In this document: one piece after another, positions 19,460-28,878 of the stretch
How positions within the stretch are numbered: the first letter of the stretch is position 1
How the letters are laid out: every line of letters begins with the position of its first letter
Assembly: GCA_944324695.1 (NCBI GenBank)
Contig: CALUXH010000015.1
Coordinates: 1-46,559 of the forward strand
DNA from: an uncultured Elusimicrobiales bacterium
GTDB lineage: Bacteria > Elusimicrobiota > Elusimicrobia > Elusimicrobiales > Elusimicrobiaceae
Direction of reading: 5' to 3'
DNA length: 46,559 nucleotides
Position numbers and translations under genes: made by a program
Notes under the pieces: model-generated
What the model saw: the letters and a program-made list of their open reading frames with translations, nothing else
What the model was told of the DNA's origin: nothing
Database searches by the model: none

Positions 19460-20104
19460 TTAGAACATGCTTTGCGGCACAAAGACCACGTCACCCGGCA
19501 TCAGCGCTATGTCCAGGTTTTTGCTGCCTTGTTTAGTGATTTGGCTTACATCCACGTCCAAGGCTTTTTGCGTGCCGTTTTCCATGCGCAGCACGCGCAC
19601 GCGGGAAGTGTTGGCAACGTCGGTAAATCCGCCCACGGAGGTAATGGCTTCCAATACGGTAAGTGGTTTCTCAGGCGGGATTTCTATGGCGGCGGGCTCT
19701 TTGACCTGCCCCAGCACATAGACGGTCTTGTTGCCGTATTCCTGAATGAGCATGGAAACCTGCGGGTTTTTTAAATAGGTTTTTAACGCCTCGGCCAGGC
19801 GCGCCTCGGCCTCGGCCACCGTGTAGCCGGCTATGCGTATATTGCCCACCAGCGGAAACGTAAGAGTGCCGTTGCCGCTTATGCGCAGTGTGCGGGCCAT
19901 ATCGTCTTCCATGAACACTTGTATTTCCAACAGGTCGCCGGGTTGCAATACATAAGCGGAAGAAGTGCGCACCTGCTCTATACCCTGGGATATTTCCCGG
20001 GATATGTCATTTGCCTGCTGCGCCGGCTGATTTTGTTCCGGCGCACTGGCACAGGCGGTCAACAGCACCGCCGCACCTAAAACGGAGAAAAAAGAGGATT
20101 TCAT
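19460..20104 (-). CDS. wza: Short OPX polysaccharide export lipoprotein (Poly_export + SLBB)
   Basis: Lipobox LTAC; YVLQPGD..GTLTFPLVG; VYVLGQV; ends PGDVVFVPQSMF with no C-terminal OM helix. Confidence 0.9.
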   Translation of the reverse strand: MKSSFFSVLGAAVLLTACASAPEQNQPAQQANDISREISQGIEQVRTSSAYVLQPGDLLEIQVFMEDDMARTLRISGNGTLTFPLVGNIRIAGYTVAEAEARLAEALKTYLKNPQVSMLIQEYGNKTVYVLGQVKEPAAIEIPPEKPLTVLEAITSVGGFTDVANTSRVRVLRMENGTQKALDVDVSQITKQGSKNLDIALMPGDVVFVPQSMF

Positions 20105-20147
20105 ATCTTTTTATATTTTACTAAATATAATCCGATATAAGTATAGC

Positions 20148-21776
20148 CTAACGGGAAAGGAAATACAGACGGGAAAGCGCTTTTTCTTTGGGATATTTTT
20201 GCAAATACTGCAGAGCCAGCTCATTGGCTTGTACGCGCAGGAGCTCTTTTTGCAGGGGATCTTTTTCCCGCAGGCTTTGGTTGTAATACGCATTGCCTAG
20301 ATACAGCGCGTACCGCGGGGCCGGATAATGGGCCAGCGCTTTTTGATAAGCGGCTATTTGCCCTTGCGGCTTAAGGCCGGAGCCGAATAAATGCAGACGC
20401 CAGGCGATTGTTTTCTGAAGAGGAATCCAGCAAGCGGCCAGGCAAACAGCCGTTATCAGCAGGCGTTTGGGCCAGGTCGCGGAGTATGCGTGGATATGAT
20501 GTTTGTCATAAGAATTGCTGCACGCCATGCCTAATATAAGAAAGAACAGAAAAGCCGTGGCCGGAATAAAGAAATCAAAATCCACGGCGCTGCCTACGCC
20601 CATTACAATCAAACCCGACAGCAAAGAAGCGAATAAAAATTGCTTTTTTCTCTCCAGCCGTCGCATACGCCGCAAAGCCGCGCGCATAAACCACAAAACG
20701 CCGAATAAAACGGGAATAAAGCCCGCATATCCCGTTCCCAGCAGTATTTCCAGCCAGTCGCTGTGCAGGCGCTCTACGTATGCATTTAGTCTTTGCGGCA
20801 TATAGCTTGTAATCACCACCGGCATGGCGCCGACGCCAATGCCCCAGACGGGATAATCCTCCAGCATGTCAAAAGACGTGCGGTAAAGCATTTTGCGTAT
20901 TTCTTCCGAAGTGCCCCCCGCGCGGTGCGCAAAGGCGTTTATTTCGTCCAAATGCGTCAGCACCCAGCCGGAACACAGCGCCAAAGCCGCCAGGGTAATC
21001 AGTAGGCCTTTCCAGCGTGTTTTTTTAAGCTGCGCTATAAACCCCGTGCATAAAAACGCATAGCTGAAAATGCCCGTCCCCAGCGCCAGCATGCCGCCGC
21101 GCGAACGCGTAAAAACCGTGCCGGCGCACAGACCCAGAAACACCAAGGCAAAAAACAGCTGCCGGCAGTAGAACTGTCCTTTGCGTCCGTGCGCGGCGAA
21201 ACGGGAATAATCCAAAAAAGATACGGTGGTGTATCCCAGCGTCATAATGGCGCACATTCCCATAAAAACGCCGGCGTGATTGCGGTTTAAAAAAGGGCCT
21301 ATGCCGCCTTTGCGCCCGGCCAGCAGGTGTATGTATTCCCCATTTGGCAGACACAGCGCGCACAGCGTCACGGCCAGACCGCATAAAGCCGCCAGCATGG
21401 CAAACAGGCGCAGTTCGCGCGAGGTTTGCAGCAATTGGCTGACCAGCAGACATAAGGCCAAATAGGTGATGAATAAAGAAATGTGCTCCAGCGTAAACAG
21501 CCGCATCAGTGTGGATGGATACCAGGCCGGTTTGTCCAGCAAGGTTTGCGGAAACAGACATTGCAGCAGCGCATAGAGCGTTAAAAACCCCAACGTAAAC
21601 AAAACGGGTTTAAAAAGAGGCGTGATGAAAAGATGCCGCCGCGAAAACAGCAGCAACAGCAGCGATACAACGATTCCGCCCTGCATAATGGAAAAAGCCC
21701 ATGGTTCCGCCCCGGCAAAAGCAAACGGAATAAAAAACAGCAGCAGCGTCAAAACGCACTTCAAAAATACATCCAT
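20148..21776 (-). CDS. O-antigen ligase (Wzy_C) family membrane protein with C-terminal TPR-like region
   Basis: Start MDVFLK; GPFLNRNH, TRSRGG, WGIGVG, HSDWLE motifs; about 12 TMs. Confidence 0.88.
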   Translation of the reverse strand: MDVFLKCVLTLLLFFIPFAFAGAEPWAFSIMQGGIVVSLLLLLFSRRHLFITPLFKPVLFTLGFLTLYALLQCLFPQTLLDKPAWYPSTLMRLFTLEHISLFITYLALCLLVSQLLQTSRELRLFAMLAALCGLAVTLCALCLPNGEYIHLLAGRKGGIGPFLNRNHAGVFMGMCAIMTLGYTTVSFLDYSRFAAHGRKGQFYCRQLFFALVFLGLCAGTVFTRSRGGMLALGTGIFSYAFLCTGFIAQLKKTRWKGLLITLAALALCSGWVLTHLDEINAFAHRAGGTSEEIRKMLYRTSFDMLEDYPVWGIGVGAMPVVITSYMPQRLNAYVERLHSDWLEILLGTGYAGFIPVLFGVLWFMRAALRRMRRLERKKQFLFASLLSGLIVMGVGSAVDFDFFIPATAFLFFLILGMACSNSYDKHHIHAYSATWPKRLLITAVCLAACWIPLQKTIAWRLHLFGSGLKPQGQIAAYQKALAHYPAPRYALYLGNAYYNQSLREKDPLQKELLRVQANELALQYLQKYPKEKALSRLYFLSR

Positions 21777-21813
21777 AACGGTTATTGTATAAAATTTGAT
21801 ATGATGGATAACG
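21777..21813. promoter_or_regulatory. Divergent leaderless-type promoters
   Basis: Minus strand: TACAAT-7nt-ATG(21776). Plus strand: TGaTATGAT-8nt-ATG(21814). No clear SD for either. Confidence 0.55.
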
Positions 21814-22254
21814 ATGAAAGTGCTTTTTGTGTGCCACGCCAATGTATGCCGCAGTTTTATGGCGCAGGAATTTTTAAAGAAAGCCTTGCCGAATGCGCAG
21901 GTTTTTTCCCGCGGGATGTATGCGGACCCCGCCGTACGCGTGCCGGACAAAATACGCCGTTTTTTGAAGCAAAACGGCATAGTTCCCGGCGAACATATGC
22001 CGGTTTTGCTGTCCAAGGATGACGCGGCGCGTGCGGATTTTATTTTTTTAATGGAACGCAGGCACTTGGATATGCTGACGGACCGCTGGGCGGAATACAG
22101 TGATAAAATGTGGCTGCTGCGGGATTTCGTTTTTGGCGAAGACAAAGACGTGCCCGATCCTATAGGGTTGTCCGGCCGGGTTTTTGAGAAAAATGCCCGC
22201 CTGCTGGAAAAAACGGTGCATGTCTTGGCGCAAAAATTAGCCGCCGCCCAGTAA
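21814..22254 (+). CDS. wzb: Low-molecular-weight protein tyrosine phosphatase
   Basis: VLFVCHANVCRS P-loop, DVPDP general-acid loop; near wzc. Confidence 0.88.
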   Translation: MKVLFVCHANVCRSFMAQEFLKKALPNAQVFSRGMYADPAVRVPDKIRRFLKQNGIVPGEHMPVLLSKDDAARADFIFLMERRHLDMLTDRWAEYSDKMWLLRDFVFGEDKDVPDPIGLSGRVFEKNARLLEKTVHVLAQKLAAAQ

Positions 22255-22291
22255 GCGGCCGGAGAAATTCCGTCGGGGAAAGGAAAAGAAT

Positions 22292-22320
22292 TTGAGCGCG
22301 TAGTTGAAAATTGCTATAAT
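22292..22320 (+). promoter_or_regulatory. Sigma70 promoter of tRNA-Val
   Basis: TTGAGC-17nt-TATAAT with TG extension. Confidence 0.8.
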
Positions 22321-22338
22321 AAATCTGTTAAAAATTTA

Positions 22339-22413
22339 GGGCAGTTGGCGCAGCGGTAGCGCGTCCGCCTCACACGCGGAAGGTCACAGGTTCAAATCCT
22401 GTACTGCCCACCA
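22339..22413 (+). tRNA. tRNA-Val (anticodon CAC)
   Basis: gggcagt/actgccc acceptor stem, tccgc-ctCACac-gcgga anticodon arm, GTTCAAATC T-loop, encoded CCA. Confidence 0.97.
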
Positions 22414-22420
22414 TTTATCG

Positions 22421-22470
22421 ACCCCGGTTGATGTCGCATAGACGACAGCGACCGGGGTTTTTGTTTATTT
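22421..22470 (+). terminator. Terminator after tRNA-Val
   Basis: accccggt...accggggt stem followed by ttttgtttattt. Confidence 0.85.
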
Positions 22471-22582
22471 CTTTTCAGGAGGAACGGGCCCTTCCCCGGG
22501 TTTTAGGCGCTCTCCAGCATGTTATCGTATATTTGCTATACTAGATATACAATATATTTTTCGGGAGAATGAAAAACGGCAT

Positions 22583-23263
22583 ATGGAATGGAGTCTGCTG
22601 GTTAACGCATTTATTGGTATCGTAGCTATTTTGAACCCGATCGGGAACGTACCCATTTTTTTGGAACATGTGGAAAATGATCCTCCCAATGTACAGCGTG
22701 CGGTGGCCGTGCTGATGGCGCTGTCTATTTTTATCATGTTGTCGTTGTTTTTTGTTTTTGGGACGTATATTTTAAGCGTATTTGGCATCACGCTGCCGGC
22801 CTTCCGCTTGGCCGGGTCCGTCATTATTTTAATTGTAGGCCTGCGCATGTTGCAGGGCAAAAGCAAATTCGATTCCGGCGGGATTGAAACCGCGTCGGCG
22901 CAGGGAGGGACGTTCTCTCAGGCCCGCAACCGTTTAAGCCATATTTTGGTGCCGGTTGCCATGCCGCTTTTTATCGGGCCGGGCACGATTACTACCGTCG
23001 TGCTCTATGCGGAGAAAGTGCATACCCTTCCTATGGGCGTTATGATGATTTTGGTGCTTTTGTTGGCCACGGCCGTGGTGGGCGTGTGTCTGGTGGTGTC
23101 TCGCAGTATTTTTAAATTATTGGGTACCAACGGGACGCAGATTGTTATCCGTTTTATGGGTATGATTTTGTGCGCCATCGCCATGCAGTTTATGATAGAC
23201 GGGGTGGCCCAGTTGCTGCCGGGCGTGCTCAACGCCGATTTTATACACGGCGCAGTGGAATAA
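22583..23263 (+). CDS. MarC family membrane protein
   Basis: LNPIGNVPIF, FGITLPAFRLAG, PVAMPLFIGPGTI, RFMGMIL. Confidence 0.93.
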   Translation: MEWSLLVNAFIGIVAILNPIGNVPIFLEHVENDPPNVQRAVAVLMALSIFIMLSLFFVFGTYILSVFGITLPAFRLAGSVIILIVGLRMLQGKSKFDSGGIETASAQGGTFSQARNRLSHILVPVAMPLFIGPGTITTVVLYAEKVHTLPMGVMMILVLLLATAVVGVCLVVSRSIFKLLGTNGTQIVIRFMGMILCAIAMQFMIDGVAQLLPGVLNADFIHGAVE

Positions 23264-23349
23264 TATTTTTTGGCAAAATCAGCGTTTCCCGGCGGGGCAA
23301 AATTCCCTTTTGCTCCGCTTTTTTGCCAAACCGCAGGGGAGTTTTATAC

Positions 23350-25338
23350 ATGGACCATTTCAAACTCGTGTCCGAATTTAAACCGTCCGGCGATCAGCCC
23401 AAAGCCATAGCCGCGCTGACGCGCGGCGTGCGGGAAGGCCAAAAACGCCAAACCCTGCTGGGCGTAACGGGCTCGGGCAAGACCTTTACCATCGCCAACG
23501 TCATCGCCAACTTAAACCGCCCAACGCTGATTTTGTCCCCCAACAAAGTGCTGGCCGCCCAGTTGTATGCCGAGTTTAAACACTTTTTTCCTGAAAACGC
23601 GGTGGAATATTTTATTTCCTATTATGATTATTACCAGCCCGAAGCGTATATCCCGCAGACGGATACCTATATTGAAAAAGATTCCGCCGTCAATGACCAT
23701 ATAGACAAACTGCGCTTAAAAGCCACCACCTCTCTGCTCACGCGCAATGACGTAATTGTCGTGGCGTCCGTGTCGTGCATTTATAACTTGGGCTCTCCGG
23801 ACAGTTACAGCGAATTGTGCGTGTATCTGAAAAAAGGCGTGGAAATGACGCGCGCGCAACTGGGCGGCCTGCTGATTAAAATCCAGTATAGCCGCAATGA
23901 AATAGAATTTGTTGCCGGCAATTTCCGCATGCGCGGGCCGTATGTGGATATTTTCCCTCCGTATGGACTCAATGCTGTGCGCGTGGAAATCAAAGGCAAA
24001 ACCATTGCCGGCGTATATGAGATACACCCCGTAACGGGTAATGTCGTGCGCGAGCTGGACGAAGCCTGGGTGTATCCGGCCAAGCATTTCGTCGTGCAGG
24101 ATGAAGACCGGGAAAAAGCGTTGGACCAAATCCGCGCAGACCTGCAAAAACGCCACGCCGAGCTGCAGGCCCAGGGCAAAGAGCTGGAAGCCTATCGCCT
24201 CAAACAGCGCACGGAATATGATTTGGAAATGCTGCAGCAGGCTGGCTTTTGCCCGGGAATAGAAAATTATTCACGCTATATGGACGGACGCGCGCCCGGC
24301 CAGCGGCCTTTTTGCCTGATAGATTATTTGCGCAAACACGGGGACTTTTTGATGGTGGTGGACGAGTCCCACGTGGCGCTGCCGCAGGTGCGCGGCATGT
24401 TTAACGGGGGCCGTTCGCGCAAGCAAATGCTGGTGGATTTCGGTTTCCGGCTGCCGTCTGCGCTGGACAACCGTCCGCTGAAATTTGACGAGTTTGAAAG
24501 TTTGCTTCCGTCCACGATTTTTGTTTCCGCCACGCCCGGGCCTTATGAACTGCAGGCCAGCGGCGGGGAAGTGGTGGAGCAGGTCATCCGGCCCACGGGA
24601 CTGGTGGACCCGAAAGTGACCGTGCACCCCAGTGCGGGGCAGATAGATCATCTGCTGCAGAAAATTCAGCAGCACATCGCTAAAAAAGAACGCACGCTGG
24701 TGCTGTCCATGACCAAAAAAACGGCGGAAGATTTGAGTGCGTTTCTGATTGAAAAAGGCGTCAAAACGCGTTATCTGCATTCGGATATTGACGCGCTGGA
24801 GCGTGTGGAAATTTTAAAGCAGTTTCGCCAGGGAGTGTTTGACGTGCTGGTGGGCATTAATCTGCTGCGCGAAGGAATAGATATTCCGCAGGTGGGGCTG
24901 GTGGCCATTTTGGGCGCAGACAACGAAGGCTTTCTGCGCAATGCCACCACGCTGATACAGATTTCGGGTCGCGCCGCGCGCAATGTCGGCGGCGAGGTGG
25001 TGCTGTACGCCGACCGCGAAACCGAAAGCATGAAATATGCGTTGGGCGAAATGAACCGCCGCCGCGCCATACAGGAAGCCTATAACAAAGAACATCACAT
25101 CACGCCGCGCACCATCCAAAAGGCGGAAGTGGAGCTGAAAGAGTTTGAAGACAGCGCCAAAAACGAAGGGCTGGGTATTTTGCACTCCGCTCTGCCGGAG
25201 CCGACGGCCAAAAACATCGGCAAAATCACGTCCGAGCTGGAGCGGCAGATGCGCGAAGCGGCGGATAATTTAAACTTTGAGTTGGCTGCGGATTTGCGCG
25301 ATAGATTGTTTGAACTTAAACAAATGAAACTTAAATAA
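23350..25338 (+). CDS. uvrB: Excinuclease ABC subunit B
   Basis: Start MDHFKLVS; PSGDQP, LGVTGSGKT, YYDYYQPEAY, DESH, C-terminal UVR domain. Confidence 0.98.
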   Translation: MDHFKLVSEFKPSGDQPKAIAALTRGVREGQKRQTLLGVTGSGKTFTIANVIANLNRPTLILSPNKVLAAQLYAEFKHFFPENAVEYFISYYDYYQPEAYIPQTDTYIEKDSAVNDHIDKLRLKATTSLLTRNDVIVVASVSCIYNLGSPDSYSELCVYLKKGVEMTRAQLGGLLIKIQYSRNEIEFVAGNFRMRGPYVDIFPPYGLNAVRVEIKGKTIAGVYEIHPVTGNVVRELDEAWVYPAKHFVVQDEDREKALDQIRADLQKRHAELQAQGKELEAYRLKQRTEYDLEMLQQAGFCPGIENYSRYMDGRAPGQRPFCLIDYLRKHGDFLMVVDESHVALPQVRGMFNGGRSRKQMLVDFGFRLPSALDNRPLKFDEFESLLPSTIFVSATPGPYELQASGGEVVEQVIRPTGLVDPKVTVHPSAGQIDHLLQKIQQHIAKKERTLVLSMTKKTAEDLSAFLIEKGVKTRYLHSDIDALERVEILKQFRQGVFDVLVGINLLREGIDIPQVGLVAILGADNEGFLRNATTLIQISGRAARNVGGEVVLYADRETESMKYALGEMNRRRAIQEAYNKEHHITPRTIQKAEVELKEFEDSAKNEGLGILHSALPEPTAKNIGKITSELERQMREAADNLNFELAADLRDRLFELKQMKLK

Positions 25339-25474
25339 GGTCTTGGTTTTTCCTCAAGGGGCTGTGCGGCTTTCAAAAATCCGCGCGGCTGAAAGGTATG
25401 AATTTATTCTTTCAGATTTCCAGACAGACGCGACAGTTTTTGCCGGCCAACAGCTTAATTGGTAAAATATATTT

Positions 25475-26059
25475 ATGGAAGAAATTACCCTTTCTTTGCC
25501 CTCTGTAAGCCGGATGATCAGCGTGGACGTATTGGATAATACGCAAAACCTGGCCCGTGAACTGGCGGTTCAAAACTGTGAACGCGGCACGCTGGTGCTG
25601 GCCTATGAGCAGACCGCTGCCCGGGGCCGAAACGGACACGCGTGGCATGCCGGCCGCGGCGGCGTGTATTTTACGCTGCTGTTGCAGCCTGAGAAAAAAG
25701 TGCAAACGGCAGACGGTGTTTGTCTCAAAGCCGCTGAAGCGGCGGCGCAGGCGCTGCAAAATCTTTTTCATTTTAAAACCAAAGCCGGCCGCGGCGGAGA
25801 AGTGCTGGCCAGGGACGCCAAAACAAAAAGCTGGAAAAAAATCGGTCAAGTGCGGACGGAGTTTTTTGCGGGGGCCGGTTCCGTCTTGTGGCTGTTGGTC
25901 AGCGCGGATATAAACGTAAACAACCGGCCGGAAACCCCAGTGGACGTCAGCGTAAAAAAATTACTGGGCCGCGAAATAGACCCCGAATGGGTGCTGCAGG
26001 AAACGTTGGAAACTTTTTGGGCGGGATATATGCAGTGGCAGCTTTCCCGCCGCAATTAA
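25475..26059 (+). CDS. Divergent biotin-protein-ligase (BirA/BPL)-like protein
   Basis: DNTQ..QTAARGRNGHAW..GGVYFT; the KWPND motif is replaced; leaderless-type promoter TGgTAAAAT-6nt-ATG. Confidence 0.7.
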   Translation: MEEITLSLPSVSRMISVDVLDNTQNLARELAVQNCERGTLVLAYEQTAARGRNGHAWHAGRGGVYFTLLLQPEKKVQTADGVCLKAAEAAAQALQNLFHFKTKAGRGGEVLARDAKTKSWKKIGQVRTEFFAGAGSVLWLLVSADINVNNRPETPVDVSVKKLLGREIDPEWVLQETLETFWAGYMQWQLSRRN

Positions 26060-26066
26060 CCAAAAT

Positions 26067-26097
26067 AAAACCCCGCACGAATATGCGGGGTTCTTTA
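26067..26097. terminator. Bidirectional terminator
   Basis: aaaaccccgca-cgaata-tgcggggttcttt between convergent genes. Confidence 0.8.
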
Positions 26098-26110
26098 AAA
26101 TCCGGCCCTT

Positions 26111-26479
26111 TTATGCGTCTCCCAGGCAATGTTTAACCGTGGTTACCAGCTCTTTTAAAACAAAAGGCTTGGCGCAAAAGGCTTTTACCTGCGGAAAGGG
26201 CTGAAACATGTGTTCCGATTCCACCAGGGCGGAGGTAACAATAACGGGAATGCCGTTTAACTCGTCGTCCTGTTCCATAATGGATACTACGGCCCGCCCG
26301 TCCACGCCGGGGAGCATCACGTCCAACAGCACCAAATGAGGCCGCACCTCTTTCATGCGGGCGATGGCGTCCCGTCCCGTCTGGCAGGTATGCACTTCAT
26401 ACCCTTCTTTGGATAAGACAATCGTCAACAATTGCAAGATGGGCAGTTCATCTTCTACAATTAAAATGCGTTTTTTCAT
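26111..26479 (-). CDS. Single-domain response regulator (receiver only)
   Basis: ILIVEDE, LLDVMLP (phospho-Asp), KPF. Confidence 0.92.
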   Translation of the reverse strand: MKKRILIVEDELPILQLLTIVLSKEGYEVHTCQTGRDAIARMKEVRPHLVLLDVMLPGVDGRAVVSIMEQDDELNGIPVIVTSALVESEHMFQPFPQVKAFCAKPFVLKELVTTVKHCLGDA

Positions 26480-26518
26480 TTTGTATACCCTTTGGTTATT
26501 TTATTATACTTTTTTTAT

Positions 26519-27244
26519 ATGGGCAACAGAACTTTTGGCGCAAAAACCTGGAAAAACCTGTTGGCTTTTTCCTCGGCTTTTTTTAAACGCGGGGAAACGG
26601 TATTGGCCGGGCTGTCCGGCGGGCCGGATTCAGTGTGTTTGCTGCATTTTTTGCGTTATTTGTCAAAGAAGAAGCATTTTGAACTTTGGGCCGTGCATGT
26701 GCATCACGGCCTGCGCGGCGCGGATGCGGACGCGGACGCGCGTTTCTGCCGGGTTTTGTGCCGGGAGCAGGATGTTCCGTTTTTGATGTATAAAAAAAAC
26801 GTGCGCGCCTTGGCCCGGAAACTCAATTTAAGCGTGGAGCACGCCGCGCGCAAAGCCCGTTATGAAGCGTTTGCCGCCGCGGCCAGGAAGACGGGTGCTG
26901 AAAAAATCGCGCTGGGGCACCATTTGGACGACCAGGCCGAGACCGTGCTTTTAAATCTGCTGCGCGGTACGCGCGCCGAAGGGCTGTGCGGCATTCCCGT
27001 GCGGCGGCCTTTAAATAAAAATGTGGAAATCGTACGTCCGCTTTTGTGCATTACGCGTATGGAAGTGGAAGAGTATTTAAAAGAAAATAATTTGCCTTGC
27101 GTGACGGATCAAACCAATTTTGACGATGTGTATACCCGCAACTGGATACGCCACGAGCTCTTGCCTTTGTTGGAAACCAAGCAACCCCAAATTCGCCGGC
27201 ACCTGGCCGGCATGGCCGCGCAGCTGGCGGAGAAACTGAAATAG
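26519..27244 (+). CDS. tilS: tRNA(Ile)-lysidine synthetase, catalytic domain only
   Basis: SGGPDS PP-loop, HVHHGLRG, ARKARY, GHHLDDQAET, RPLL, DQTN..RNWIR; probable start MGNRT. Confidence 0.93.
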   Translation: MGNRTFGAKTWKNLLAFSSAFFKRGETVLAGLSGGPDSVCLLHFLRYLSKKKHFELWAVHVHHGLRGADADADARFCRVLCREQDVPFLMYKKNVRALARKLNLSVEHAARKARYEAFAAAARKTGAEKIALGHHLDDQAETVLLNLLRGTRAEGLCGIPVRRPLNKNVEIVRPLLCITRMEVEEYLKENNLPCVTDQTNFDDVYTRNWIRHELLPLLETKQPQIRRHLAGMAAQLAEKLK

Positions 27245-27265
27245 AAAGATCAATGATCAGGCAGT

Positions 27266-28039
27266 CTAAAGCAAAGCGCGCAGCGCGCGGAAAAAGGGTT
27301 CGCGCGCGTGTTTTTCCGCCCATGGCGTGTGCCCGCAGCGCGGCAACAGGATTTCGGTAAAAGAAATATGCAGGTGCGTCAGCGGCGCGGTAACTCCCTG
27401 CGGGGGGTGGGGGTCGTTTTCCCCGTGTATCACGGTAAGGGGGCAGACCAGCGTTTGCGCGGCTTTAAGCAATGTCCCCCGGGCACGCAGGGCCGCAGCC
27501 TGAGGCCAGACGGCGGCAAAGGCCTTTGCATCAGGGACGGGAATTTCCGTGTCGTCTTCCAACGGCTCCGTGGCGTCTGCCCGGCAGGCCAGCACGTCCA
27601 GCGTTTTCAGCGCCTGCGCTTTTTGTTCTTCCGGACCTTTCTCCAGAATTTCCAGGACCCTTGCAAATTGTTTGGCTTCTTGTGCTGTTAAGTTTTGCAT
27701 GCGTCTTGCATGAATCAACGGCGCATAGCTCTCGTCCAACGGCGGGCAGCCTATCCATATCAGCCGTGAAACATGTTGCGGGTGCGTCGCTGCATATAAC
27801 AAAGACAGCCACGCTCCCCACGAATGTCCGATCAGCGTCACCGGCGCGTCGGCAAAATCACAGATTTGTCCGTTCAGTTCTTCCGTCAGTTCGGCCACGG
27901 AATATTTGCTCTGCCACGGCTCCAGCACGCCGCAGGTTTTGCCCAGTTCCGAACAGGCCCCTCCCACGGAACCGGCCGCACCCGGCCCGCCGTGCAGAAA
28001 AAGCACGCGGTAAGGGGCGGGGCCGTAGCGGCGTATCAT
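27266..28039 (-). CDS. Alpha/beta fold hydrolase
   Basis: LHGGPG, GHSWG nucleophile elbow, GEND, GHTPW; start overlaps upstream stop (ATGA). Confidence 0.9.
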   Translation of the reverse strand: MIRRYGPAPYRVLFLHGGPGAAGSVGGACSELGKTCGVLEPWQSKYSVAELTEELNGQICDFADAPVTLIGHSWGAWLSLLYAATHPQHVSRLIWIGCPPLDESYAPLIHARRMQNLTAQEAKQFARVLEILEKGPEEQKAQALKTLDVLACRADATEPLEDDTEIPVPDAKAFAAVWPQAAALRARGTLLKAAQTLVCPLTVIHGENDPHPPQGVTAPLTHLHISFTEILLPRCGHTPWAEKHAREPFFRALRALL

Positions 28040-28845
28040 GCTCGCCGCCGGCGGGAAGAAAATTTTTGGCCCGCGTTTTTGCCCGTCAATGTTTTTTCGT
28101 CCATGTCCGGACGTATGCCAAAGCGCGTAATGCAAAAGTCATATTTGACGGGGTCTTCCGGGCAGAATTTGGCCAGGCTGCGGGTGATGTCCAGCGCGGT
28201 TTTCATATCGGCGGCGTTTCTTTGGGTCAGGCCCAATGCACGGGCGCAGCGGTGCATGTGCACATCCAGCGGCACCACCAGCAGGCGCGGCGACACCTGC
28301 CAACCGCCCGGGTCCACTTCATCTTGGCGCACCATCCAGCGTAAAAATAAATTTAACCGTTTCATGGCGCTTCCTTTGTCCGGGTCCGGCACCAGGGTGC
28401 CCACTTCCCCCCGGGCGCGCAGGCGGTACGCAAAACGGGCCAGCGCGCGGCAAACATTTTCATCGTCTTCTCTCAGTCCGCCGGCAAAGCATTTTTCCAA
28501 GGAACCGTATTTTTTCAGTATATCCCGCACAGACAGCAGAAAGCGGCAAAGTTCATCTTGCGTGGTAAAACGGTATTTAAAGCCCGCAAAATCTTTTTTC
28601 AGCCGCGCGGGCGTACAGGCCAGCACATAGGCGTGCGGGGAAGGCATGCGGGAAAAAATCAGATTTAAATTTTTAATGATGGCTTTGACGTTGCCGTAGG
28701 CAAAACACGCACCCAGCAGTGCGGCGATTTCACGGTCGGCGGTATGGTCCCATCGGTGCAAAAATTCCAAAGGGTCGGGGCTGACCAGCCCGCGGCGGTT
28801 GTATTTGCGGTATAAATTTTCAAAAAAAGCTTTGTTTTTGGCCAT
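28036..28845 (-). CDS. TIGR02757 / DUF2400 family protein
   Basis: DPL..DREI..FAYG, KRLNLFLRWMVR, PLDVH, DPVKYDF; start MAKNK. Confidence 0.9.
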   Translation of the reverse strand: MAKNKAFFENLYRKYNRRGLVSPDPLEFLHRWDHTADREIAALLGACFAYGNVKAIIKNLNLIFSRMPSPHAYVLACTPARLKKDFAGFKYRFTTQDELCRFLLSVRDILKKYGSLEKCFAGGLREDDENVCRALARFAYRLRARGEVGTLVPDPDKGSAMKRLNLFLRWMVRQDEVDPGGWQVSPRLLVVPLDVHMHRCARALGLTQRNAADMKTALDITRSLAKFCPEDPVKYDFCITRFGIRPDMDEKTLTGKNAGQKFSSRRRRA

Positions 28846-28878
28846 ACGTCTATTGTAGCAATTTGATAATATATACAT
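28846..28878. promoter_or_regulatory. Overlapping divergent leaderless promoters
   Basis: Minus strand: TGcTACAAT-6nt-ATG(28845). Plus strand: TGaTAATAT-6nt-ATG(28879). The gap is 33 bp with no SD. Confidence 0.65.

Noticed and set aside
22339-22413. tRNA-Val as an island attachment site
   Set aside because: I saw no duplicate of the tRNA 3' end and no integrase.
24397-24423. UvrB GMFNGGRSRK instead of the usual GMYxGDRSRK
   Set aside because: Essentially a single notable substitution (D to G). All helicase motifs are intact, and it cannot be told apart from polymorphism or error.
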